Below are positions 1 through 12,510 of a DNA stretch of 64,000 nt, piece after piece (positions within the stretch are counted from its first letter, which is position 1; each line of letters begins with the position of its first letter). The translations under genes and the position numbers were made by a program. Where the stretch lies: NCBI RefSeq assembly GCF_964355755.1, contig NC_092672.1, forward strand, positions 16,565,137-16,629,136. Direction: 5' to 3'. The notes beneath the pieces are model-generated. The model was not told the DNA's origin. It was given only the letters and a program-made list of their open reading frames with translations, and searched no databases. The DNA comes from Antedon mediterranea. Taxonomy: Eukaryota; Animalia; Echinodermata.

Positions 1-639
1 AGAGAGAGATAGATCAGCGTGAGAGAGAGATAGATCAGGGAGAGAGAGATAGATCAGTGAGAGAGAGATAGATCAGCGAGAGAAATATAGATCAGCGTGA
101 GAGAGAGATATATCAGCGAGAGAGAGATAGATCAGCGAGAGAGAGATTGATCAGCGAGAGAAATATAGATCAGCGAGAGAGAGATAGATCAGCGAGAGAG
201 AGATAGATCAGCGAGAGAGAGATAGATCAGCGAGAGAGAGATAGATCAGCGAGAGAGAGAGATAGATCAGCGAGAGAGAGATAGATCTGCGAGAGAGAGA
301 TAGATCAACGAGAGAGATAGATCAGCGAGAGAGATAGATCAGCGAGAGATAGATAGATCAGCGAGAGAGAGATAGATCAGCGAGAGAGAGAGATAGATCA
401 GTGAGAGAGAGAGATAGATCAGCGAGATAGATAGATCAGCGAGAGAGAGATAGATCAGCGAGAGAGAGAGAGAGATAGATCAGCGAGAGAGAGATAGATC
501 AGCGAGAAAGAGATAGATCAGCGAGAGAGAGAGATAGATCAGCGAGAGAGAGATAGATCAGCGAGAGAGAGATAGATCAGCGAGAGAGATAGATCAGCGA
601 GAAAGAGATAGATCAGCGAGAGAGAGATAGATCAGCGAG

Positions 640-1855
640 AGAGAGATAGATCAGCGAGAGAGAGAGATACATCAGCGAGAGAGAGATAGATCAGCGAGAG
701 AGAGATAGATCAGCGAGAGAGAGAGGTAGATCAGCGAGAGAGAGAGAGATAGATCAGCGAGAGAGAGATAGATAGATCAGCGAGAGAGAGATAGATCAGC
801 GACAGAGAGATAGATAGATCAGCGAGAGAGATATAGATCAGCGAGAGAGAGATAGATAGATCAGCGAGAGAGAGATAGATAAGCGACAGAGAGATAGATC
901 AGCGACAGAGAGATAGATCAGCGACAGAGAGATAGATCAGCGAAAGAGAGATAGATCAGCGAGAGAGAGATAGATCAGCGAGAGAGAGATAGATCAGCGA
1001 GAGAGAGATAGATCAGCGAGAGAGTGATAGATCAGCGAGAGAGAGAGATAGATCAGGGAGAGAGAGATAGATCAGCGAGAGAGAGATAGATCAGCGAGAG
1101 AGAGATAGATCTGCGAGAGAGATAGATCAGCGAGAGAGAGATAGATCAGCGAGAGAGAGAGATAGATCAGCGAGAGAGATAGATCAGCGAGAAAGAGATA
1201 GATCAGCGAGAGAGAGATAGATCAGCGAGAGAGACATAGATCAGCGAGAGAGAGAGAGATAGATCAGCGAGAGAGAGATAGATCAGCGAGAGAGAGATAG
1301 ATAGATAGATCAGCGAGAGAGAGATAGGTAGATCAGCGAGAGAGAGAGAGAGAGATAGATAGATCAGCGAGAGAGAGATAGATAGATATGTGAGAGAGAG
1401 AGAGAGAGATAGATAGATCAGCGAGAGAGAGATAGATAGATCAGCGAGAGAGAGATAGATAGATCAGCGAGAGAGAGAGATAGATAGATCAGCGAGAGAG
1501 AGATAGATAGATCAGTGAGAGAGAGAGAGATAGATCAGCGAGAGAGAGAGAGAGATAGATCAGCGAGAGAGAGAGAGATAGATCAGCGAGAGAGAGATAA
1601 ATAGATCAGCGAGAGAGAGAGAGAGAGATAGATCAGCGAGAGAGAGATAGATAGATCAGCGAGAGAGAGATAGATAGATCAGCGAGACAGAGAGATAGAT
1701 CAACCAGAGAGAGATAGATAGATCAGCGAGAGAGAGAGAGAGAGAGGGATAGATCAGCCAGAGAGAGATAGATAGATCAGCGAGAGAGAGAGAGAGAGAG
1801 AGAGATAGATCAGCCAGAGAGAGATAGATAGATCAGCGAGAGAGAGATAGATAGA

Positions 1856-1900
<45 letters not shown>

Positions 1901-4300
1901 TCAGCGAGAGAGAGATAGATCAGCGAGAGAAATATAGATCAGCGTGAGAGAGAGATATATCAGCGAGAGAGATAGATCAGCGAGAGAGAGATAGATCAGC
2001 GAGAGAAATATAGATCAGCGAGAGAGAGATAGATCAGCGAGAGAGAGATAGATCAGCGAGAGAGAGATAAATCAGTTAGAGAGAGATAGATCAGCGAGAG
2101 AGAGATAGATCAGCGAGAGAGAGATAGATCTGCGAGAGAGAGAGATAGATCAGCGAGATAGATAGATCAGCGAGAGAGAGATAGATCAGCGTGAGAGAGA
2201 GAGATAGATCAGCGTGAGAGAGAGAGATAGATCAGCGAGAGAGAGAGATTGATCAGCGAGAGAGAGATAGATCAGCGAGAGAGAGATAGATCAGCGAGAG
2301 AGAGATAGATCAGCGAGATAGAGATAGATCAGCGAGAGGAGAGATAGATCAGCAAGAGAGAGATAGATCAGCGAGAGAGATAGAGATAGATAGATCAGCG
2401 ACAGAGAGATAGATAGATCAGCGACAGAGAGATAGATAGATCAGCGAGAGAGAGATAGATAGATCAGCGAAAGAGAGATAGATAGATCAGCGAGAGAGAT
2501 AGATAGATCAGCGAGAGAGAGAGATAGATAGATCAGCGAGAGAGAGATAGATAGATCAGTGAGAGAGAGAGATAGATAGATCAGCGAGAGAGAGATAGAT
2601 AGATCAGAGAGAGAGATAGATAGATCAGCGAGAGAGAGATAGATTGATCAGCGAGCGAGAGATAGATAGATCAGCGAGAAGGAGAGAGATAGATCAGCGA
2701 GAGAGAGAGAGATAGATCAGCGAGAGAGAGATAGATAGATCAGCGAGAAAGAGAGAGAGAGAGAGAGAGATAGATCAGCCAGAGAGAGATATAGATAGAT
2801 CAGCGAGAGAGAGAGAGAGATAGATCAGCGAGAGAGAGATAGATAGATAGATCAGCGAGAGAGAGATAGGTAGATCAGCGAGAGAGAGAGAGATAGATAG
2901 ATCAGCGAGAGAGAGAGAGATAGATCAGCGAGAGAGAGATAGATCAGCGAGAGAGATAGATCAGCGAGAGAGATAGATCAGCGAGAGAGAGATAGATCAG
3001 CGAGTGAGAGATAGATCAGCGAGAGAGAGAGATAGATCAGCAAGAGAGATAGATAGATTAGCAAGAGAGAGATAGATCAGCGAGAGAGAGATAGATCAGC
3101 GTGAGAGAGATAGATCAGCGACAGAGAGATAGATCAGCAAGAGAGAGATAGATCAGTGACAGAGAGATAGATCAGCGAAAGAGAGATAGATCAGCGAGTG
3201 AGAGATAGATAAGCGAGTGCGAGAGAGAGATCAACGAGAGAGAGATAGATCAGCGAGAGAGAGATAGATCAGGGAGAGAGAGATAGATCAGCGAGAGAGA
3301 GATAGATCAGCGAGAGAGAGAGAGATAGATCAACGAGAGAGAGATAGATCAGCGAGAGAGAGATAGATCAGGGAGAGAGAGATAGATCAGCGAGAGAGAG
3401 ATAAATCAGCGAGAGAGATAGATCAGCGAGAGAGAGATAGATCAGCGAGAGAGAGAGATAGATCAGCGAGAGAGAGATAGATCAGCGAGAGAGAGAGATA
3501 GATCAGCGAGAGAGAGATATATCAGCGAAAGAGAGACAGATCCGCGAGAGAGAGAGAGATAGATCAGCGAGAGAGATAGATCAGCGAGAGAGAGATAGAT
3601 CAGCGAGAGAGAGATAGATAGATCAGCGAGAAGGAGATAGCTAGATCAGCGAGAGAGAGAGAGAGATAGAAAGATCAGCGAGAGAGAGATAGATCAGCGT
3701 GAGAGATAGATCAGCGAGAGAGAGAGATAGATCAGTGAGAGAGAGAGATAGATCAGCGAGATAGATAGATCAGCGAGAGAGAGATAGATCAGCGAGAGAG
3801 AGAGAGAGATAGATCAGCGAGAGAGATAGATCAGCGAGAGAGAGATAGATCAGCGAGAGAGAGAGATAGATCAGCGAGAGAGAGATAGATCAGCGAGAGA
3901 GAGATAGATCAGCGAGAGAGATAGATCAGCGAGAAAGAGATAGATCAGCGAGAGAGAGATAGATCAGCGAGAGAGAGATAGATCAGCGAGAGAGAGAGAT
4001 ACATCAGCGAGAGAGAGATAGATCAGCGAGAGAGAGATAGATCAGCGAGAGAGAGAGGTAGATCAGCGAGAGAGAGAGAGATAGATCAGCGAGAGAGAGA
4101 TAGATAGATCAGCGAGAGAGAGATAGATCAGCGACAGAGAGATAGATAGATCAGCGAGAGAGATATAGATCAGCGAGAGAGAGATAGATAGATCAGCGAG
4201 TGAGAGATAGATAAGCGACAGAGAGATAGATCAGCGACAGAGAGATAGATCAGCGACAGAGAGATAGATCAGCGAAAGAGAGATAGATCAGCGAGAGAGA
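640..4300 (+). repeat. Higher-order block (~3.7 kb) with a long-range copy at ~33890-37530
   Basis: Rare variants occur in the same order at ~33.23-33.25 kb offset: GATACATC 670/33921, GAGTGATAG 1025/34253, CAGTTA 2073/35308, AAGCGAGTGC 3211/36448. Confidence 0.85.
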
Positions 4301-4880
4301 GATAGATCAGCGAGTGAGAGATAGATCAGCGAGAGAGAGAGATAGATCAGCAAGAGAGATAGATAGATTAGCAAGAGAGAGATAGATCAGCGAGAGAGAG
4401 ATAGATCAGCGTGAGAGAGATAGATCAGCGACAGAGAGATAGATCAGCAAGAGAGAGATAGATCAGTGACAGAGAGATAGATCAGCGAAAGAGAGAAAGA
4501 TCAGCGAGTGAGAGATAGATAAGCGAGTTCGAGAGAGAGATCAACGAGAGAGAGATAGATCAGCGAGAGAGAGATAGATCAGGGAGAGAGAGATAGATCA
4601 GCGAGAGAGAGATAGATCAGCGAGAGAGAGAGAGATAGATCAACGAGAGAGAGATAGATCAGCGAGAGAGAGATAGATCAGGGAGAGAGAGATAGATCAG
4701 CGAGAGAGAGATAAATCAACGAGAGAGATAGATCAGCGAGAGAGAGATAGATCAGCGAGAGAGAGAGATAGATCAGCGAGAGAGAGATAGATCAGCGAGA
4801 GAGAGAGAGAGATAGATCAGCGAGAGAGAGATATATCAGCGAAAGAGAGACAGATCCGCGAGAGAGAGAGAGAGATAGAT
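3000..4880 (+). repeat. ~560-bp variant module repeated at 1310-bp spacing (3000-3560 and 4310-4880)
   Basis: CGAGTGAGAG 3001/4311; AGATAGATTA 3051/4361; AAGCGAGT(G/T)C 3211/4521. Confidence 0.85.
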
Positions 4881-5209
4881 CAGCGAGAGAGATAGATCAG
4901 CGAGAGAGAGATAGATCAGCGAGAGAGTGATAGATCAGCGAGAGAGAGAGATAGATCAGGGAGAGAGAGAGAGATAGATCAGCGAGAGAGAGATAGATCA
5001 GCGAGAGAGAGATAGATCTGCGAGAGAGATAGATCAGCGAGAGAGAGATAGATCAGCGAGAGAGAGAGATAGATCAGCGAGAGAGATAGATCAGCGAGAA
5101 AGAGATAGATCAGCGAGAGAGAGATAGATCAGCGAGAGAGACATAGATCAGCGAGAGAGAGAGAGATAGATCAGCGAGAGAGAGATAGATCATCGAGAGA
5201 GAGATAGAT

Positions 5210-5758
5210 AGATAGATCAGCGAGAGAGAGATAGGTAGATCAGCGAGAGAGAGAGAGAGATAGATAGATCAGCGAGAGAGAGATAGATAGATCAGTGAGA
5301 GAGAGAGAGAGAGATAGATAGATCAGCGAGAGAGAGATAGATAGATCAGCGAGAGAGAGATAGATAGATCAGCGAGAGAGAGAGATAGATAGATCAGCGA
5401 GAGAGAGATAGATAGATCAGTGAGAGAGAGAGATAGATCAGCGAGAGAGAGAGAGAGATAGATCAGCGAGAGAGAGAGAGAGATAGATCAGCGAGAGAGA
5501 GATAAATAGATCAGCGAGAGAGAGAGAGAGAGATAGATCAGCGAGAGAGAGATAGATAGATCAGCGAGAGAGAGATAGATAGATCAGCGAGAGAGAGAGA
5601 TAGATCAACCAGAGAGAGATAGATAGATCAGCGAGAGAGAGAGAGAGAGAGGGATAGATCTGCCAGAGAGAAATAGATAGATCAGCGAGAGAGAGAGAGA
5701 GAGAGAGATAGATCAGCCAGAGAGAGATAGATAGATCAGCGAGAGAGAGATAGATAGA

Positions 5759-5795
<37 letters not shown>

Positions 5796-6632
5796 TCAGC
5801 GAGAGAGAGATAGATCAGCGAGAGAAATATAGATCAGCGTGAGAGAGAGATATATCAGCGAGAGAGATAGATCAGCGAGAGAGAGATAGATCAGCGAGAG
5901 AAATATAGATCAGCGAGAGAGAGATAGATCAGCGAGAGAGAGATAGATCAGCGAGAGAGAGATAAATCAGTTAGAGAGAGATAGATCAGCGAGAGAGAGA
6001 TAGATCAGCGAGAGAGAGATAGATCTGCGAGAGAGAGAGATAGATCAGCGAGATAGATAGATCAGCGAGAGAGAGATAGATCAGCGTGAGAGAGATAGAT
6101 CAGCGTGAGAGAGAGAGATAGATCAGCAAGAGAGAGAGATTGATCAGCGAGAGAGAGATAGATCAGCGAGAGAGAGATAGATCAGCGAGAGAGAGATAGA
6201 TCAGCGAGATAGAGATAGATCAGCGAGAGGAGAGATAGATCAGCAAGAGAGAGATAGATCAGCGAGAGAGATAGAGATAGATAGATCAGCGACAGAGAGA
6301 TAGATAGATCAGCGACAGAGAGATAGATAGATCAGCGAGAGAGAGATAGATAGATCAGCGAAAGAGAGATAGATAGATCAGCGAGAGAGATAGATAGATC
6401 AGCGAGAGAGAGAGATAGATAGATCAGCGAGAGAGAGATAGATAGATCAGTGAGAGAGAGAGATAGATAGATCAGCGAGAGAGAGATAGATAGATCAGAG
6501 AGAGAGATAGATAGATCAGCGAGAGAGAGATAGATAGATCAGCGAGAGAGAGATAGATAGATCAGCGAGAAGGAGAGAGATAGATCAGCGAGAGAGAGAG
6601 AGATAGATCAGCGAGAGAGAGATAGATAGATC

Positions 6633-6663
<31 letters not shown>

Positions 6664-8265
6664 TAGATCAGCCAGAGAGAGATATAGATAGATCAGCGAG
6701 AGAGAGAGAGAGATAGATCAGCGAGAGAGAGATAGATAGATAGATCAGCGAGAGAGAGATAGGTAGATCAGCGAGAGAGAGAGAGATAGATAGATCAGCG
6801 AGAGAGAGAGAGATAGATCAGCGAGAGAGAGATAGATCAGCGAGAGAGAGAGATAGATCAGCGAGAGAGAGAGATAGATCAGCGAGAGAGAGATAGATCA
6901 GTGACAGAGAGATAGATCAGCGAGAGAGAGATAGATCAGCGAGAGAGAGAGATAGATCAGCGAGAGAGAGAGAGATAGATCAGCGAGAGAGAGATAGATC
7001 AGTGACAGAGAGATAGATCAGCGAAAGAGAGATAGATCAGCGAGAGAGATAGATCAGCGGGAGAGAGAGATAGATCAACGAGAGAGAGATAGATCAGCGA
7101 GAGAGAGAGAGATAGATCAGGGAGAGAGAGATAGATCAGCGAGAGAGAGATAGATCAGCGAGAGATTGAGAGAGATAGATCAACTAGAGAGAGATAGATC
7201 AGCGAGAGAGAGAGATAGATCAGGGAGAGAGAGATAGATCAGCGAGAAAGAGATAGATCAGCGAGAGAGAGATAGATCAGCGAGAGAGAGATAGATCAGC
7301 GAGAGAGATAGATCAGCGAGAGAGAGATATATCAGCGAGAGAGAGATAGATCAGTGAGAGAGAGAGAGATCAGCAAGAGAGATATAGATCAGCGAGAGAG
7401 ATAGATGAGCGAGAGAGAGATAGATCAGCGAGAGAGAGATAGATCAGTGAGAGAGAGATAGATCAGCGAGAGAGAGATAGATCAGCGAGAGAGAGATAGA
7501 TCAGCGAGAGAGAGATAGGTCAGCTAGAGAGAGATAGATCAGCGAGAGAGAGATAGATCGGCGAGAGAGAGATAGATCAGCGAGAGAGAGATATATCAGC
7601 GAGAGAGAGAGATAGATCAGCGTGAGAGAGAGATAGATCAGCGAGAGAGAGAGAGAGAGATAGATCAGCGAGAGAGATAGATCAACGAGAGAAATATAGA
7701 TCAGTGAGAGAGAGATAGATAGATCAGCGAGAGAGAGATAGGTAGATCAGCGAGAGAGAGAGAGAGATAGATAGATCAGCGAGAGAGAGATAGATATATC
7801 AGTGAGAGAGAGAGAGAGAGATAGATAGATCAGCGAGAGAGAGATAGATAGATCAGCGAGAGAGAGATAGATAGATCAGCGAGAGAGAGAGATAGATAGA
7901 TCAGCGAGAGAGAGATAGATAGATCAGTGAGAGAGAGAGATAGATCAGCGAGAGAGAGAGAGAGATAGATCAGCGAGAGAGAGAGAGAGATAGATCAGCG
8001 AGAGAGAGATAAATAGATCAGCGAGAGAGAGAGAGAGAGATAGATCAGCGAGAGAGAGATAGATAGATCAGCGAGAGAGAGATAGATAGATCAGCGAGAG
8101 AGAGAGATAGATCAACCAGAGAGAAATAGATAGATCAGCGAGAGAGAGAGAGAGAGAGGGATAGATCTGCCAGAGAGAAATAGATAGATCAGCGAGAGAG
8201 AGAGAGAGAGAGAGATAGATCAGCCAGAGAGAGATAGATAGATCAGCGAGAGAGAGATAGATAGA

Positions 8266-8304
<39 letters not shown>

Positions 8305-9141
8305 TCAGCGAGAGAGAGATAGATCAGCGAGAGAAATATAGATCAGCGTGAGAGAGAGATATATCAGCGAGAGAGATAGATCAGCGAGAGAGAGATAGAT
8401 CAGCGAGAGAAATATAGATCAGCGAGAGAGAGATAGATCAGCGAGAGAGAGATAGATCAGCGAGAGAGAGATAAATCAGTTAGAGAGAGATAGATCAGCG
8501 AGAGAGAGATAGATCAGCGAGAGAGAGATAGATCTGCGAGAGAGAGAGATAGATCAGCGAGATAGATAGATCAGCGAGAGAGAGATAGATCAGCGTGAGA
8601 GAGATAGATCAGCGTGAGAGAGAGAGATAGATCAACAAGAGAGAGAGATTGATCAGCGAGAGAGAGATAGATCAGCGAGAGAGAGATAGATCAGCGAGAG
8701 AGAGATAGATCAGCGAGATAGAGATAGATCAGCGAGAGGAGAGATAGATCAGCAAGAGAGAGATAGATCAGCGAGAGAGATAGAGATAGAGAGATCAGCG
8801 ACAGAGAGATAGATAGATCAGCGACAGAGAGATAGATAGATCAGCGAGAGAGAGATAGATAGATCAGCGAAAGAGAGATAGATAGATCAGCGAGAGAGAT
8901 AGATAGATCAGCGAGAGAGAGAGATAGATAGATCAGCGAGAGAGAGATAGATAGATCAGTGAGAGAGAGAGATAGATAGATCAGCGAGAGAGAGATAGAT
9001 AGATCAGAGAGAGAGATAGATAGATCAGCGAGAGAGAGATAGATAGATCAGCGAGAGAGAGATAGATAGATCAGCGAGAAGGAGAGAGATAGATCAGCGA
9101 GAGAGAGAGAGATAGATCAGCGAGAGAGAGATAGATAGATC

Positions 9142-9172
<31 letters not shown>

Positions 9173-10200
9173 TAGATCAACCAGAGAGAGATATAGATAG
9201 ATCAGCGAGAGAGAGAGAGATAGATCAGCGAGAGAGAGATAGATAGATAGATCAGCGAGAGAGAGATAGGTAGATCAGCGAGAGAGAGAGAGATAGATAG
9301 ATCAGCGAGAGAGAGAGAGATAGATCAGCGAGAGAGAGATAGATCAGCGAGAGAGAGAGATAGATCAGCGAGAGAGAGAGATAGATCAGCGAGAGAGAGA
9401 TAGATCAGTGACAGAGAGATAGATCAGCGAGAGAGAGATAGATCAGCGAGAGAGAGAGATAGATCAGCGAGAGAGATAGAGATAGATCAGCGAGAGAGAG
9501 ATAGATCAGTGACAGAGAGATAGATCAGCGAAAGAGAGATAGATCAGCGAGAGAGATAGATCAGCGGGAGAGAGAGATAGATCAACGAGAGAGAGATAGA
9601 TCAGCGAGAGAGAGAGATATAGATCAGGGAGAGAGAGATAGATCAGCGAGAGAGAGATAGATCAGCGAGAGATTGAGAGAGATAGATCAACTAGAGAGAG
9701 ATAGATCAGCGAGAGAGAGAGATAGATCAGGGAGAGAGAGATAGATCAGCGAGAAAGAGATAGATCAGCGAGAGAGAGATAGATCAGCGAGAGAGAGATA
9801 TATCAGCGAGAGAGAGATAGATCAGTGAGAGAGAGAGAGATCAGCAAGAGAGATATAGATCAGCGAGAGAGATAGATGAGCGAGAGAGAGATAGATCAGC
9901 GAGAGAGAGATAGATCAGTGAGAGAGAGATAGATCAGCGAGAGAGAGATAGATCAGCGAGAGAGAGATAGATCAGCGAGAGAGAGATAGGTCAGCTAGAG
10001 AGAGATAGATCAGCGAGAGAGAGATAGATCGGCGAGAGAGAGATAGATCAGCGAGAGAGAGATATATCAGCGAGAGAGAGAGATAGATCAGCGTGAGAGA
10101 GAGATAGATCAGCGAGAGAGAGAGAGAGAGATAGATCAGCGAGAGAGATAGATCAACGAGAGAAATATAGATCAGTGAGAGAGAGATAGATAGATCAGCG
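5210..10200 (+). repeat. Tandem duplication, ~2.5-kb unit, 2 copies
   Basis: CAGTTA 5968/8477 (2509 bp); GATTGAG 7166/9673 (2507 bp). CAACTAG, GATGAGC, GGTCAGCTAG and GATCGGCG follow in the same order in both copies. Confidence 0.9.
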
Positions 10201-10249
10201 AGAGAGAGAGAGATAGATCAGCGAGAGGAGAGAGAGAGATAGATCAGCG

Positions 10250-12510
10250 AGAGAGAGATAGATAAGCGAGAGAGAGATAGATCAGCAAGAGAGAGAGATA
10301 GATCAGCGAGAGAGAAAGAGATAGATCAGCGAGAGGAGAGAGAGAGATAGATCAGCGAGAGAGAGATAGATCAGCAAGAGAGAGAGATAGATCAGCGAGA
10401 GAGAGATAGATCAGCGAGAGAGAGATAGATCACCGAGAGAAAGATAGATCAGCAAGAGAGAGAGAGATAGATCAGCGAGAGAGAGATAGATCAGCGAGAG
10501 AGATAGATCAGCGAGAAAGAGAGAGATAGATCAGCGAGAGAGAGATAGATAGATAGATCACCGAGAGAGAGATAGGTAGATCAGCGAGAGAGAGAGATAG
10601 ATAGATCAGCGAGAGAGAGAGAGAGAGAGATAGATCAGCGAGAGAGAGATAGATCAGCGAGAGAGATAGATCAGCGAGAGAGATAGATCAGCGAGAGAGA
10701 TAGATCAGCTAGAGAGATAGATAGATTAGCGAGAGAGAGATAGATCAGCGAGAGAGAGATAGATCAGCGTGAGAGAGATAGATCAGCGACAGAGAGATAG
10801 ATCAGCAAGAGAGAGACAGATCAGTGACAGAGAGATAGATCAGCGAAAGAGAGATAGATCAGCAAGAGAGAGATAGATAAGCGAGAGAGAGATAGATCAA
10901 CGAGAGAGAGATAGATCAGCGAGAGAGAGAGATAGATCAGGGAGATAGAGATAGATCAGCGAGAGAGAGATAGATCAGCGAGAGAGAGAGAGAGAGAAAG
11001 GTCAACGAGAGAGAGATAGATCAGCGAGAGAGAGATAGATCAGGGAGAGAGAGATAGATCAGCGAGAGAGAGAGAGATAGATCAGCGAGAGAGATAGATC
11101 AGCGAGAGAGAGATAGATCAGCGAGAGAGATAGATCAGCGAGAGAGAGAGATAGATCAGCGAGTGAGAGAGATAGATCAGCGAGAGAGAGATAGATCAGC
11201 GAGAAAGAGAGAGATAGATCAGCGAGAGAGAGATAGATTAGCGAAAGAGAGACAGATCCGCGAGAGAGAGAGAGAGATAGATCAGCGAGAGAGAGAGAGA
11301 GATCAGCAAGAGAGAGATAGATCAGCGAGAGAGATAGATCAGCGAGAGAGAGAGAGATAGATCAGCGAGAGAGAGATAGATCAGCGAGAGAGATAGATCA
11401 GCGAGAGAGAGATAGATAAGCGAGAGAGAGATAGATCAGCAAGAGAGAGAGATAGATCAGCGAGAGAGAAAGAGATAGATCAGCGAGAGGAGAGAGAGAG
11501 ATAGATCAGCGAGAGAGAGATAGATCAGCAAGAGAGAGAGATAGATCAGCGAGAGAGAGATAGATCAGCGAGAGAGAGATAGATCACCGAGAGAAAGATA
11601 GATCAGCAAGAGAGAGAGAGATAGATCAGCGAGAGAGAGATAGATCAGCGAGAGAGATAGATCAGCGAGAAAGAGAGAGATAGATCAGCGAGAGAGAGAT
11701 AGATAGATAGATCACCGAGAGAGAGATAGGTAGATCAGCGAGAGAGAGAGATAGATAGATCAGCGAGAGAGAGAGAGAGAGAGATAGATCAGCGAGAGAG
11801 AGATAGATCAGCGAGAGAGATAGATCAGCGAGAGAGATAGATCAGCGAGAGAGATAGATCAGCGAGAGAGATAGATAGATTAGCGAGAGAGAGATAGATC
11901 AGCGAGAGAGAGATAGATCAGCGTGAGAGAGATAGATCAGCGACAGAGAGATAGATCAGCAAGAGAGAGACAGATCAGTGACAGAGAGATAGATCAGCGA
12001 AAGAGAGATAGATCAGCAAGAGAGAGATAGATAAGCGAGAGAGAGATAGATCAACGAGAGAGAGATAGATCAGCGAGAGAGAGAGATAGATCAGGGAGAT
12101 AGAGATAGATCAGCGAGAGAGAGATAGATCAGCGAGAGAGAGAGAGAGAGAAAGGTCAACGAGAGAGAGATAGATCAGCGAGAGAGAGATAGATCAGGGA
12201 GAGAGAGATAGATCAGCGAGAGAGAGAGAGATAGATCAGCGAGAGAGATAGATCAGCGAGAGAGAGATAGATCAGCGAGAGAGATAGATCAGCGAGAGAG
12301 AGAGATAGATCAGCGAGTGAGAGAGATAGATCAGCGAGAGAGAGATAGATCAGCGAGAAAGAGAGAGATAGATCAGCGAGAGAGAGATAGATTAGCGAAA
12401 GAGAGACAGATCCGCGAGAGAGAGAGAGAGATAGATCAGCGAGAGAGAGAGAGAGATCAGCAAGAGAGAGATAGATCAGCGAGAGAGATAGATCAGCGAG
12501 AGAGAGATAG
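10250..12510 (+). repeat. Tandem duplication, 1154-bp unit, 2 near-identical copies
   Basis: GATAAG 10261/11415, private AAAGGTCAAC 11001/12155 and the ORF starts 11163/12317 are all exactly 1154 bp apart. Confidence 0.93.

Noticed and set aside
11163-11360. 65-aa ORF (MREIDQRERDRSAR...)
   Set aside because: It starts at a GTG made by a monomer variant and is simply the translated satellite. Monomer lengths happen to keep TAG out of frame for about 10 units. There is no promoter, RBS or splice context and no domain.
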